Source: an uncultured Gemmatimonadaceae bacterium (GTDB taxonomy: Bacteria; Gemmatimonadota; Gemmatimonadetes; Gemmatimonadales; Gemmatimonadaceae). Taken from it: 64,000 nucleotides of DNA. The notes beneath the pieces were generated by a model. The model searched no databases and had not been told where the DNA came from. It saw nothing but the letters and a program-made list of their open reading frames with translations. Where the stretch lies: NCBI GenBank assembly GCA_963843845.1, contig CAWJMB010000005.1, positions 1 to 64,000 of the forward strand, read 5' to 3'. A program made the translations under genes and the position numbers. This document shows positions 9,391-19,983 of the stretch, piece after piece. Numbering within the stretch: the first letter of the stretch is position 1; every line of letters begins with the position of its first letter.

Positions 9391-11368
9391 TCACGGCACC
9401 GCCGCCCCGAGATACGCCGGATCGATCCGGGGCGACAGCCCCACCTCGGACACGATCACGGTGCCGGCGGCCGACCGGTCGAACAGCAGCCGCACCGATC
9501 GCAGCTCGCTCGGCGTGAACCCCGGCGCGGCGCGCGCGAAGTCGGCGAGCGGCATGACGTACGTCTGCGGCACGAGCTCGAAGAGCGCCGCGAAGCGTTG
9601 GGCGTCGCGCCCGGCGCGGCGATAGACGCGCGTCTCGAGCGGGCGACGAACGGGGCCGAAGCGGCCTAACGGAAGGCGCGCCGCGTTGCCGCGCGCGTCG
9701 ACCAGCTCCACCGTCAGCTCGACCGGCGTCGTGTCGGGCTTCGCCTTCGGCGGCTTCGGCGCACGCTTGACGGAGTCGGCCGCCGCCTTGCGGATCGAGT
9801 CGGCGCGCGCCTTCCCCGCCTTCGACGTGTCGGGCTTCGTCGTGTCGCGCGGCGCGGCGCGCGGGCCGGGCTTGTCGGCCGTCGCGGTGAGCGCGAGGTA
9901 GAGCGCGCAGCCGCCGTCAGGCGCCCGCGCCGCGCGCAGCGAGTCGGAGAGCGTGAGCGTGTACGACGCCGGCCGGCCGAGGCGCGTCGTGTCCGCGCCC
10001 GCGACGCGCCGGTTCCAGCCGAGCCACACGGCGCCGTGGCGCTGGTCGTCGCCGCGGAAGCGCGACGGGCAGGATGTTCTCGCGCCACGTCGCGAGCGAG
10101 TCGCCGGCGATCGTCACCCCCGGCACGCCAGTCGTGACGTCGATGTCCTCGTCGTAGCGCGCGAGCGGCGCGTAGCCGCTCTCCTGGAAGCGCGTGACGT
10201 ACATCGTCTTCGGCAGCCAGTGCCCCGCCGTGCGGTGGTCGCGGAAGATCGGCAGGTACTCGCGGCGGTCGTGCAGCGTCGCCTCGAGGAACGCGGAGAT
10301 GGCGACCTTGCCGAACCGCAGCTGCTCGTCGAGCGGGATCAGCGCGCGCAGGTCGAGGGAGCGGCCGCTGCGCGGGCCGTTGTCCTTGTTCTGCCACACG
10401 GTGTTCCACTGGCCGTGGTTCGCGCGGTACATCCAGATCGCCGACTTGAACCACGGCTTCCCGTCGGTGAAGCGGAGCCGGTCGTACTGGCGGAGTCCCC
10501 GCGAACGCGAGACGTCGCCGTCGTGCGAGCCGTGGATGACGAGGTAGTTCACGTTCTCGAGCGGCGTGAACTGTCCCGACGCCTTGTACTGTCCGTCGAC
10601 CGGCGCGATCGAGACGATCGACCTGATGGCGAAGTCGAAGCCGAGCTTCTGCTTCGCGTCGTCGGGATAGAACTGCAGCCGGTTGAACGTCGCCGCCAGC
10701 GGGGCGGCCTCGCCGCCGCGCGAGTGCCCCATGAGCGCGATGCGAGTCATGTCCACCCGGCCGTGCAGCGGCCCGGCCGCGGAGTCGTTGAACTTCTTCC
10801 ACGCCTGCAGGTGCTTGAGCAGCATCCACGCGCGGGCGTCGTTCTCGCCGGAGAGGCCGTTGATGAAGTTCTCGTCGACCGACGCGAGGATGAACCCGCG
10901 CGAGGCGAGCAGCTCGCCGAGGTAGCCGTAGCCCGGGTCGGAGTAGTCGCGCGGGTTGTGGTTGCCGTGCACGACGAGCACGAGCGGAAACGGCCCCGGT
11001 CCGTCGGGATACCAGACGCGCCCGTTCACCGGCGCCTTCTTGAGGTCGAAGCCCCAGTACTTCTTGTGCTCCTTCGCCGCGTCGGCGGCGACCGTCGCGA
11101 ACGGCGACGCGTCGACGGTCGCCGTCTTCAGCGTCACCGAGTCGCGGTAGACGGCGCGCTGCCTGTCGGTGCCGCTGCCGTAATACAGGCGCCGTACCGC
11201 GTACGGCCCTGGATCGCCCGGGTTCGCGGCGGTGATGGTCTGGTGTGCGAGGACGACGGGCGAGTCGTCTCTGGCGAGCTGCAGGCGCTGCGTGCAGCCG
11301 GTGGCGATCGCCAGGCACGCCGACGCGGCGATTCCCCGCCCTGTGAGGAAGCCGGCTCTCCTCGGCAT
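9391..11368 (-). CDS. Secreted alpha/beta hydrolase (lipoprotein-like), frameshift near 10050
   Basis: LVVHGNH, GYGYLGELLASRG, nucleophile elbow GHSRGG, IATGC lipobox-like motif. Confidence 0.8.
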
Positions 11369-12279
11369 CAGCGCCACCGGAGTGCGAGGTGGTGCGCGTA
11401 CCGATCGCCCGCGAAGAACTCGACTGCATAGTCGAGCACGAGCCGGTCGGCGGTGAGCCCCGCGCCGAGCGAGACTGGCCGGCGCGCCGAGGTCTCCGCG
11501 CGCCGGGCGCCCGCGCGCAGCGTCGCCGAGTACCCCTCGATCCAGCCGTAGCCGACCTCGACGCCCCCGGCCGGCGAGAACCAGTCCTGCCGCTGCACCG
11601 CCTGCGTCGTCACGCCGACGTCGAGCGGCCCCGCCTGGAACTGCCGCGCATAGCCGAGCGCGACCTGCAGCGGACCGCGCGGACGACTGCCGTCGTCGAG
11701 GTGCTGGACGGCGAGTGCGGCGGTGCCGGAGCGCAGCGGGTGCGACACGCCGACGTCGGCGAGCAGTCGCTGGGTCACGACGTCCGCGGTGCCGACCGGC
11801 GGCGCCGCGTCGACGCGGTCCTCGGCGAACTTCACGGCGACGCCGGTGCGGAACCCCTTGAACAGGCGACTCGCGGCGGCGGTCGCGACGAAGCTCTGGC
11901 CGTCGCGGCCGCCGCGGTGCGCGACAGACGCCGGCGCGAGCGGGTATGCCGTTCCCGGCGTCACCTCGAACTGTGCGAGCTGCACGCCCCACCCGAACGT
12001 CGTCGCGCCGACCGTCGTCGCGTACGTGACCGCGCCGGCCACCGCGCTCGGCGCGTAGCGCGCGAACGAGCCGCCGATGCCGGTCGTCGGCGCGAGTTGG
12101 GCCGGGTTGTAGAAGATCGAATAGTCGTCGCGCCCGGCGACCCACGCATCGCCCAACGCGGCGGCACGCGTGCTCGACGGCAGCAGGAGCACGACGAGAC
12201 TCGTCGGCGGCGCCTGCGCGCCGGCCGTCGCGGCGAGGACGCTCAGCGCGAGCACCAGTGGTCGGAGCGAACGGATCAT
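11368..12279 (-). CDS. PorV/PorQ-like (FadL-superfamily) outer-membrane protein
   Basis: Signal peptide followed by LLLPSSTRAAALGDA...SIFYNPAQLA. Amphipathic strands and a barrel-type C-terminus. Confidence 0.65.
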   Translation of the reverse strand: MIRSLRPLVLALSVLAATAGAQAPPTSLVVLLLPSSTRAAALGDAWVAGRDDYSIFYNPAQLAPTTGIGGSFARYAPSAVAGAVTYATTVGATTFGWGVQLAQFEVTPGTAYPLAPASVAHRGGRDGQSFVATAAASRLFKGFRTGVAVKFAEDRVDAAPPVGTADVVTQRLLADVGVSHPLRSGTAALAVQHLDDGSRPRGPLQVALGYARQFQAGPLDVGVTTQAVQRQDWFSPAGGVEVGYGWIEGYSATLRAGARRAETSARRPVSLGAGLTADRLVLDYAVEFFAGDRYAHHLALRWR

Positions 12280-12392
12280 GGCAGGACAGAGCGGTGTGAC
12301 AGAGGCGCTGCGCCTCGGCGCGCAGGCAGCGTCGATCCGAACCGACCGATCGGGGTGGCACATCCACGCGATCGTCCACCCACGACCGACGC

Positions 12393-14018
12393 TCACAGCT
12401 TCGTCGTCACGTCGATCGCGACGGCGGTGTTCGAGGCGAGCGCCAGCGCGACGGCGCCGGTCGACGCGACGACGAGCGACGTCCCCACGCACGCCGCGCC
12501 GCGACGGCCGCCGGTCAATAAATCACAGTACGTCCCCGCCGCCAGTCCGGTCGCGACAGTCGCCGTCACGGTCGTCGCCTCGCGATTGATCGCGACGAAT
12601 CCGCGGTCGCCGCGCGAGAACGCGATCGCGTTGCGTCCATCGTCCCACCACTGCCGCACGTCGGTGCCGGCGACCACGCGGCGAAAGCGGACCATGTTCA
12701 CGACGTACGGGTCGCGGTGCTCGCACGTCCAGTCTCCGGGGAGCGCCGCCTCGGCGCTCGGCGCGCACGTCACGGGGAGCGTCCAGCCGCTCGCATCCGA
12801 GCGCGGCCCCAGGCTGGTCTGCGACGGACAGAAGAACGCGTACCCCGACAGCACCGACGGGTAGCCATACGGTTGCGCGAGCATCCACACGGTCGCGAGC
12901 CGGAACGCCGCGCCGTCGCGGGCGCCGATGCCGCACTCGCGCTGCGTGTCGTGATTCTGCAGGAACACCACGGCCTTGTCCGACGGCATCAGTCCCCACG
13001 CCGACTCCGAGAACTGACCGCCGGCCGGACCGCCGGGGTTCAGCTGCGCGAGCGTCTCGCCGTTCACGCCGCGGAACTTGTTGCCGACGCCGGTGAAGGT
13101 GAACTCCGTGACGTCCGACGCGCCGCCGCCGCGATAGCCGACGCCGAAGTAGTCGCGCGGCCCGAGCGCCTCTCCCGCCCCGGCGCGCACCTCGAGAAAC
13201 CAGTACGGCCGCGCGCGTCCCTCGGCCGCGAGCGTGGAGTCGACGGCCGTCACGATCGCGTCGAGCTCGACCTGCTGGATGTGCTTCGCCGCGTCGACGC
13301 GAAACCCCGCGACGCCGAGTCGCGCGAGCGAGACGAGGTAGCTCGCGATCGTTCGCCGGACGGTGGCCGAGCCGGTGTTCAGATCCGGAAGACCGAACAG
13401 CTCGCAGTCCTGCACGTTCGCCGCGTCGGCGTAGGTGGTGATCGGACACGGCGCGTGGAAGTCGCTCGGCGCGTAGAGCCCCGGGTAGTCGTACTTCGAG
13501 TACGCCGTGCCGTTGCTCCCGACGCCGGGGCTCGGGAAGTTCGTCATGTGGTTGATGACGGCGTCGACGTAGATCGCGACGCCCGCCGCGCGGCAGCGGC
13601 TCACCATGCTCGCGAACTCGGCGCCCGTTCCCGAGCGGCTGCGCGCCACGCTGTAGCTGACGGGCTGGTAGCGCTCGCTCCAGTCGAAGCTCGGCGTGAT
13701 GCTGTGCTCCTGCGGCGGGGAGAGCTGCACGGCGGCGTAGCCGGCGGGGCCCACGACGCGCTCGCACTCGGTGGCCACGTCGTCCCACCGCCACTCGAAC
13801 AGGTGCACGAACACGTCGCCCGCGGCGGTGCGGCCGGTCGGGCGGTAGGTCGCGGCGAGGGTCGGGCGACCGCCCGGCGTCGGCGCGGTCGGCGCGGTCG
13901 GCGCGGTCGGTGCCGCGGGGGTGGCGTCGCGCCCGCCGCACGCGGCGGCGACGGCGACGGCGAGCGCGCTCCCGACGAGCGCGGGACGGGCGAGAGAGGC
14001 GAGACGAGGCGAAGGCAT
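12393..14018 (-). CDS. GH13 alpha-amylase lipoprotein
   Basis: VHLFEWRW, WSERYQPVSY, DAVINH, GFRVDAAKH, FLQNHD, AAAC lipobox, PTA repeat linker. Confidence 0.92.
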   Translation of the reverse strand: MPSPRLASLARPALVGSALAVAVAAACGGRDATPAAPTAPTAPTAPTPGGRPTLAATYRPTGRTAAGDVFVHLFEWRWDDVATECERVVGPAGYAAVQLSPPQEHSITPSFDWSERYQPVSYSVARSRSGTGAEFASMVSRCRAAGVAIYVDAVINHMTNFPSPGVGSNGTAYSKYDYPGLYAPSDFHAPCPITTYADAANVQDCELFGLPDLNTGSATVRRTIASYLVSLARLGVAGFRVDAAKHIQQVELDAIVTAVDSTLAAEGRARPYWFLEVRAGAGEALGPRDYFGVGYRGGGASDVTEFTFTGVGNKFRGVNGETLAQLNPGGPAGGQFSESAWGLMPSDKAVVFLQNHDTQRECGIGARDGAAFRLATVWMLAQPYGYPSVLSGYAFFCPSQTSLGPRSDASGWTLPVTCAPSAEAALPGDWTCEHRDPYVVNMVRFRRVVAGTDVRQWWDDGRNAIAFSRGDRGFVAINREATTVTATVATGLAAGTYCDLLTGGRRGAACVGTSLVVASTGAVALALASNTAVAIDVTTKL

Positions 14019-14116
14019 AGGTCGAGCGCAGTGTACACCGCCGCGCGCGCGACGACGAAGCGGCTGTCGTGCCCGCGCCACGGTGTGCGGGGATGCGCGG
14101 CGGTGTACTGTGGACC

Positions 14117-14791
14117 ATGCCGCCGCTGACGCCGCCCGATCGGCACGAGATCACGCGCCTGCTCGAGACGCTGCGCGACGGCGACCCGCAGGCGGCCGAG
14201 CGGCTCGCGGTGCTCGTGTACGACGAGCTGCGCGCCCTCGCGCGCGCCGCGATGCGCCGCGAGCGCGCCGGCCACACCTGGCAGCCGACGGAGCTCGTGC
14301 ACGAGGCGTTCATCCGCCTGCGCGGCCAGCAGTCGACGTGGAAGAACCGCGCTCACTTCTACGGCATCGCCGCGCGCGTCATGCGTCAGCTGCTCGTCGA
14401 CCGCGCGCGGCGGCGGCACGCGGTGAAGCGCGACGGCGGCCAGCGCGTCACGCTCGACGAGCAGCTTCCCACGCTCCCCGCGACCGGCTCAGTCGACCTG
14501 CTCGCGCTCGACGATGCGCTGACCCGACTCGGCGCGATCGACGCTCGGCAGGCGCGCGTCGTCGAGCTGCGCTACTTCGGCGGCCTGTCGCTCGACGAGG
14601 CCGCGCGCGTCCTCGGCGTCTCGGTCGCGACCGCCAAGCGCGACTGGCGATTCGCGCGGGCGTTCCTGCGCGTGGCGCTCGACGACGCCGCAGAGGATGA
14701 CGGGCCGGCGGGGACCGCGTCGACCCGGCGCGCGCCGAGCGCCGGGACCGCCCCGAGCGCCGCGATCGTCGAGTCGCGGAGCGGGCCGTAG
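14117..14791 (+). CDS. ECF sigma factor of the kinase-associated type (TIGR02999-like)
   Basis: VYDELRALA, HTWQPTELVHEAFIRL, NRAHFYGIAARVMRQLLVD, VELRYFGGLS, AKRDWRFARAFL. Confidence 0.92.
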   Translation: MPPLTPPDRHEITRLLETLRDGDPQAAERLAVLVYDELRALARAAMRRERAGHTWQPTELVHEAFIRLRGQQSTWKNRAHFYGIAARVMRQLLVDRARRRHAVKRDGGQRVTLDEQLPTLPATGSVDLLALDDALTRLGAIDARQARVVELRYFGGLSLDEAARVLGVSVATAKRDWRFARAFLRVALDDAAEDDGPAGTASTRRAPSAGTAPSAAIVESRSGP

Positions 14792-17250
14792 AGCCCGCGC
14801 CGCTCGACCGCCCGCAGGTTGTCGCGCAGGAGCGGCTCCGCAGCGCCCGGGCGGCCGGCGGCGAGATGGCTCCGCGCCAGCACGTGGTGCGCGTGGAAGC
14901 GCGCCTTCCAGAAGCGGTCGGAGCGCGCGTCGTCGTGGGCGTCGGCGATCGTCGCGAGCGCTCCGCGCGCCTCGGCGACGGCGCGCTCGCCGCGCCCGTC
15001 GCCCGCCTCGACGACGGCGAGCAGCGCCTCCCCGTCCGCGACCCACGGCCGCCACGCCGGCGACTCGCGCCGGAGCAGCACGCGCGTCGAATCGCGAACG
15101 CGCGCGACGATGGCGCGCGCCTCGCCCCACCGGCGCTGCGGCACGAGCACCGCCTCCACGCGGTCGAGCGGCGTCACGACTCCGGTCGAGTCGAGCCGCT
15201 CGCGGGCCGCGAACAGCGTGTCGGCGCGGGCCAGATCGCCGTCCGCCGCGGCGGCCGATGCGAGCGCCAGCAGGGCGTGCGCGTCGCGGCCCCCCGCAGC
15301 GAGCGCGGCGGCGAGGGCGCGCGCGTCGCTCCGCCGCCCGAGCGCCGCCAGCGCGGCGGCGCGCTGCGCACGGAACGAGCGCGTGACAGAGTGGTCCGGC
15401 CCGTAGCGGCCGCGCGCGATCGCCCCCCCCTCCGCGTACATCCGCTCCGCCTCGGCGTACCACCCGCCGCGCACCCGAGCGGCGGCGACCCGCTCGAGCA
15501 TGAACGGCAGGTTCGCGCCCTCGTCTCGCAGCCGCTGCATCGCGAGCGACGCGACCGCCAGCGAGTCCCCCTCGTGCAGCCGACCCTGGTCGGCGCGGAC
15601 GATCGACAGGTGGAAGAGCGCGTCGGCGAGCTTCGGGTGCGGCGGGCGGTAGACGCGCTCGCGGATCGCGATCATGCGCTCGTACTGCTCGACCATCTTC
15701 GGGCTCTGTCCGAGGATCCGGTACGTCTCGCCGAGCGTGTGGTGGATGTCGGCGCGCGTCTCGGGATCGTCGGCCAGCTCGCGCTCCATGCGCGCCGCGG
15801 CCAGCTCGAGCGCGCGGAGCACGGTGACGTCGGGCCCCTTCTCCGCGCTCGTGACGAACCACCCGGGATTCGCCGTCGCGAGGACGGTCTGCAGAAACGT
15901 GTTGATGCGCTGCGCGCGCGCCGACGCCGCCTCGGCCGCCGCGCGCTCGGCGTCGGCGCGGTGCGCGGCGGCAGTTGCAACGCTCGCCTGGCGCACGGCG
16001 ACGGCGGCGGTCCCGGCGAGCGCGACGACCGCCGCGGCGACGACGGCCACCCGGCCGCGGTTCCGCCGCACGAAGCGCGCGGCGCGGTAGCGGAGCGTCG
16101 GCGCGCGCGCGACGACGGGGCGGCCGTCGAGGACGCGCTGGAGGTCCTCGTCGAACTCGCGCGGCGTCGCGTAGCGCGCCTCGGGCTCGCGGCGCAGCGC
16201 CTTGAGGATCACGTGGTCGACGTCGGTGAGCCGACGGCGCGTGGCGCGCCCGGTCCCGGCGCCGACCCGCACGCTCGTCGGCGGCGGCGGGTCCGTCTCG
16301 GTGACGACGCGCTCGACCTCGCCCAGCGGCAGTCCGTCGAGCGCGTGGGCGCGCGCGCCGGCCACCAGCTCGTAGGCGACGAGCCCGACGCCGTAGACGT
16401 CGGTCGCCGTCGTCACGCGCTCTCGGCGGAGCTGCTCCGGCGCCGCATATGCCGGCGTCAGCGCGACGACCGTCGGCGGGTCGTGCGGCGCTCCGCTCGA
16501 CGTCGCGCGACGCGCCTCGTCAGGCAGCTCCGGCCGCAAGACCTTCGCGACGCCGAAGTCGAGCAGCTTCACGACGCCGTCGCGCGTGACGAGGATGTTC
16601 GACGGCTTGAGGTCGCGGTGAATGACGAGGTGGCGGTGCGCGTAGTCGGCGGCGCGGCAGACGGCCTGCACGAGCGCGAGCCGGTCGCGCAGGGGGAGCG
16701 CGTGCCGCGCGCAGTGCTCGGTGATCGGCGTGCCGTCGACGTACTCCATGACGAGGTACGGGCGCCCGCCGGCCGTGAGCCCGCCGTCGTACAGGTGGGC
16801 GATGTTCGGGTGGCTCAGCCGCGCGAGGATGTCGCGCTCGGCGGCGAACCGCGCCGTGAGATACGCGCTCGCGATCTCCTCGCGCGCCACCTTGAGCGCG
16901 ACTGTGCGCCGGAACGCGCCGTCCTCGTGCGTCGCCAGGTAGACGACGCCCATCCCCCCTTCGCCGAGCTCGCGCTCGATGCGATACGGGCCGATGCGCC
17001 GCCCGCCATCGGCGGTCGCGTCGTCCGCGGTCGCGTCGTGCGCGGCGACGCGCGTGTCGTCGACCCGGACGATCGGCGTCTCCAGGAAGTCCGGCTCGCG
17101 CTCGTGCGCCGCGACGAGCGCCGCGACCACGGCCGCCGCCTCCGCGTCGGATCGGGCGAGCGTCGCGATGACCGCGTCGCGCGCCGAGCCGTCACACGCG
17201 ATCGCCCGCTCGAACGCTCCCTGGATCTCTCCCCAATCGACCTCGGCCAT
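14572..17250 (-). CDS. Hanks-type Ser/Thr protein kinase with TM segment and TPR-like C-terminus
   Basis: LGEGGMGVVY, VALK, HRDLKPSN, DFG, YAAPE, DVYGVG. Confidence 0.93.
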   Translation of the reverse strand: MAEVDWGEIQGAFERAIACDGSARDAVIATLARSDAEAAAVVAALVAAHEREPDFLETPIVRVDDTRVAAHDATADDATADGGRRIGPYRIERELGEGGMGVVYLATHEDGAFRRTVALKVAREEIASAYLTARFAAERDILARLSHPNIAHLYDGGLTAGGRPYLVMEYVDGTPITEHCARHALPLRDRLALVQAVCRAADYAHRHLVIHRDLKPSNILVTRDGVVKLLDFGVAKVLRPELPDEARRATSSGAPHDPPTVVALTPAYAAPEQLRRERVTTATDVYGVGLVAYELVAGARAHALDGLPLGEVERVVTETDPPPPTSVRVGAGTGRATRRRLTDVDHVILKALRREPEARYATPREFDEDLQRVLDGRPVVARAPTLRYRAARFVRRNRGRVAVVAAAVVALAGTAAVAVRQASVATAAAHRADAERAAAEAASARAQRINTFLQTVLATANPGWFVTSAEKGPDVTVLRALELAAARMERELADDPETRADIHHTLGETYRILGQSPKMVEQYERMIAIRERVYRPPHPKLADALFHLSIVRADQGRLHEGDSLAVASLAMQRLRDEGANLPFMLERVAAARVRGGWYAEAERMYAEGGAIARGRYGPDHSVTRSFRAQRAAALAALGRRSDARALAAALAAGGRDAHALLALASAAAADGDLARADTLFAARERLDSTGVVTPLDRVEAVLVPQRRWGEARAIVARVRDSTRVLLRRESPAWRPWVADGEALLAVVEAGDGRGERAVAEARGALATIADAHDDARSDRFWKARFHAHHVLARSHLAAGRPGAAEPLLRDNLRAVERRGLYGPLRDSTIAALGAVPALGARRVDAVPAGPSSSAASSSATRRNARANRQSRLAVATETPRTRAASSSDRPPK

Positions 17251-17368
17251 GCGCCTACAGTTCGGCCCGGGCGCCCCGCGCGCAACCCTGGAGCGACCAC
17301 GCGACTCCACGGCGCGCGGTCCCGGCGCGGCGCAGCACGACAGCAGGTCGCGCTTGGCTCGAGCGTTC

Positions 17369-17450
17369 TCGACAGAAAGAACAGAAGGCACAGAAGGCAC
17401 GGACGAGCGGCTCGGGCGCCCTCTTCTGTTCCTTCTGTCCCTTCTGTCGA
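17369..17450. repeat. Nonamer-based palindromic element, copy 1
   Basis: TCG(ACAGAARGM)x3, spacer, then inverted units ending TCGA. Confidence 0.8.
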
Positions 17451-17531
17451 CGTAGAGATCGAGAACGACAGCGAACGCATCCGCGATCCGCTGTAGATTG
17501 GCCGGACGTTCGTCCCTCCCCGAGCCTCGCC

Positions 17532-17957
17532 ATGACCTCACAGCCAGACGACACCGATCGCTTCGCCGGCCGCGACCTCGCAGTATCGCTCACCGTCGCC
17601 GACCTGCCGACGAGCCTCGCCTGGTACCGCGACGTCGTCGGCTTCGCGGTCGACCGCATGCACGAGCACGACGGCATCGTGCGCGGCGTCTCGCTGCGCG
17701 CCGGCTCGGCGCGCCTCATCATCAACCAGGACAACGGCGCGAAAGGCACGGACCGCGTCAAGGGCGTCGGCTTCTCGTTCATGATCACGACGTCGCAGAA
17801 CGCCGACGCGCTCGCCGACGGCATCACGGCGCGGGGCGGCACGCTGCTCACGCCGCCGACCGACATGCCGTGGGGCGCCCGCGTGTTCCGGCTCCGCGAT
17901 CCCGACGGCTTCGTGTTCGCCGTCGCGTCGGAGGCGGAGGCGCGGGCCGATGTCTGA
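17532..17957 (+). CDS. VOC/glyoxalase-family protein
   Basis: LTVADL..SLAWYRDVVGF and PTDMPWGARVFRLRDPDG. Confidence 0.88.
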   Translation: MTSQPDDTDRFAGRDLAVSLTVADLPTSLAWYRDVVGFAVDRMHEHDGIVRGVSLRAGSARLIINQDNGAKGTDRVKGVGFSFMITTSQNADALADGITARGGTLLTPPTDMPWGARVFRLRDPDGFVFAVASEAEARADV

Positions 17958-18783
17958 CGGCGCGACGGCGACCGATCCGCTCGCCGCATTCAAGCAGCAG
18001 CAGCGCGACGGCTGGGCGCGCTTCGCGCCGCTCGAAGCCGGCACGACGGTCGCCGCCGCGCGCCTCGTTCGCCACGCGCGGGTCGCGGCGAACGACCGCG
18101 TCCTCGACGTCGCCTGCGGCACCGGCGTCGTCGCGCTCACCGCCGCGCGCCTCGGCGCGCGCGTGACGGGGCTCGACCTGACGCCCGAGCTGCTCGAGCG
18201 CGCGCGCGAGCACTCGTCGATCGCGAACGTCGACATCGCCTGGCACGAAGGAGACGCCGAGTCGCTGCCGTTCGACGACGCGAGCTTCGACGTCGTGGTG
18301 AGTCAGTTCGGGCACATCTTCGCGCCGCGCGCCGACGTCGTGACGCGCGAGATGCTGCGCGTGCTGCGGCCGGGCGGCACGCTCGCGTTCGGCACGTGGC
18401 CGCCGGAGCTCTACGTCGGTCGCTCGTTCCAGCTCGTCGCGGCGTACCTACCGGCGCCGCCGACGGAAGTCGCGCTCCCCGCGATGACCCCGCCGTGGGC
18501 GTGGGGCGACCCGGCGTTCGTGCGCGAGCGGCTCGGCGACCGCGTGCGCGACGTCGCGTTCGATCGCGGCACCATCCTCGCGCCGGCCCTCACGCCGGCG
18601 CACGTGCGCCTCGTGATGGAGCGCGCGGCCGGACCGATGATCCGCATCGTGCAGGCGCTCGAGTCGAGCGACCCGCCGCGCCTCGCGCAGTTCCGCGCGG
18701 CGATGAACGCGCTGATCGCGGAGTACTGGGCGGACAATCAGGTGCGGCAGGACTTCCTGCTGACGCGCGCGACGAAACGCTGA
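17950..18783 (+). CDS. Class I SAM-dependent methyltransferase
   Basis: VLDVACGTG, GDAESLPFDDASFDVV, RVLRPGG. Confidence 0.9.
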   Translation: MSDGATATDPLAAFKQQQRDGWARFAPLEAGTTVAAARLVRHARVAANDRVLDVACGTGVVALTAARLGARVTGLDLTPELLERAREHSSIANVDIAWHEGDAESLPFDDASFDVVVSQFGHIFAPRADVVTREMLRVLRPGGTLAFGTWPPELYVGRSFQLVAAYLPAPPTEVALPAMTPPWAWGDPAFVRERLGDRVRDVAFDRGTILAPALTPAHVRLVMERAAGPMIRIVQALESSDPPRLAQFRAAMNALIAEYWADNQVRQDFLLTRATKR

Positions 18784-18785
18784 CG

Positions 18786-19442
18786 TCAGCGCCACCGCGC
18801 GCGCAGGGCTCGCTCATCGTCGGCGGACAGCGGGAAGAACCGCGGCCGATCCGACGCGAACGCCGCCGGTCGGCACGCTGCGGGCCGGCCGCACATGAGG
18901 GTCGCCGGGTCGCCGCCGTGCCGCAGGCCGAGCACGTGTCCGAGCTCGTGCGCGACGACGTTGCGCGGCACGTTCGGCGTCGCGAGCGGCGGCACGTCGG
19001 CGCGCCGGATCGCCACGACGGCCGTGCTGCCGAGGTGCGACGCGAGCCCGAACGAGATGAGATCGGTGCGCGCGAGCACCACGACGACGTCCCCCGGCAC
19101 GTCGGCGACGGCGACGAGCAGGCGGACGATGCCGGGGCCGATCCCGATCGGGGCCTCGGCGCCCGCCGCGCGCAGCGTAGCATCGGGAACGGAGTCGTCG
19201 CGCACGGTCACCGCGTCGAACGCCACCGGCACGCCGAGCCGACGCAGCTCGCCGTTCCAGTGCGCGACCGCCTCGCGCGTCGCCCCGACGCGTACGTCGG
19301 TCGCGGGCCCGAGCACCGTGACGCGAAGGCGGCGATCCGCGGTCGCGTCTCGCGAACAGGCGCCACTCGCGAGGGCGAGCAGCACGAGCGTCGCGCGCGT
19401 CGCGCGCGTCGTGCGCGTCGCGCGTCGCGTCGCGGGTCGCAT
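18786..19442 (-). CDS. Matrixin-like zinc metalloprotease lipoprotein
   Basis: HELGHVLGLRH (HExxHxxGxxH), Met-turn TLMC, SGAC lipobox. Confidence 0.75.
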   Translation of the reverse strand: MRPATRRATRTTRATRATLVLLALASGACSRDATADRRLRVTVLGPATDVRVGATREAVAHWNGELRRLGVPVAFDAVTVRDDSVPDATLRAAGAEAPIGIGPGIVRLLVAVADVPGDVVVVLARTDLISFGLASHLGSTAVVAIRRADVPPLATPNVPRNVVAHELGHVLGLRHGGDPATLMCGRPAACRPAAFASDRPRFFPLSADDERALRARWR

Positions 19443-19453
19443 CGTCGCGATGC

Positions 19454-19978
19454 CTACCGGTCCATCACCGACAGGTACGCTCGCCACGGCCCGACCGCGT
19501 CGCGGTACTGCGTCGCCATCGTCCGTGCGATCTGCGTGAGGTGACTCAGGTCGTGCGCGACCCACGTCGCGAGCAGCTGGCGCAGCGTGACCGCGCCGAA
19601 CGCCGGGTGCTCGCCGTCGAGCGCGAGCTGCGCATCCGTGAGGCGCCACGCGCGCAGCGTCGCGAGGTTCTCGGCCCGCAGCGTGGCGAACTCGCGCAGC
19701 AGCGCGTCGAGCGATCGCCCCGCGCTCTCGCGAAACTGCGCCTCGCGGTCGAACGGCGCGAAGCGGCGCTCGGCGCCCTGCGCGAGGATGATCCGCGCCC
19801 GCGCGATCCAGTCGGCGCGCTCGCCGTGGATCAGATGTCCGACGACGACGTACGGGCTCCACGTGCCGGGCCCCTCGGTCGCCTCGGTCCACGCGTCCGG
19901 CAGGCCGCCCAACAGCGCGCGGAGCGTCTGCGGCGTGCGCTCGAGCACCGCGACGCCGGTCGTGAGGTCGAAGTCCAC
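19454..19978 (-). CDS. DinB-family protein
   Basis: WSPYVVVGHLIHGE and WVAHDLSHLTQI. Confidence 0.88.
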   Translation of the reverse strand: MDFDLTTGVAVLERTPQTLRALLGGLPDAWTEATEGPGTWSPYVVVGHLIHGERADWIARARIILAQGAERRFAPFDREAQFRESAGRSLDALLREFATLRAENLATLRAWRLTDAQLALDGEHPAFGAVTLRQLLATWVAHDLSHLTQIARTMATQYRDAVGPWRAYLSVMDR

Positions 19979-19983
19979 CGCCG

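Noticed and set aside
13879..13915. Short coding tandem repeats (PTA in amylase, ATR in matrixin, PPVP in the kinase)
   Set aside because: Ordinary low-complexity linkers.
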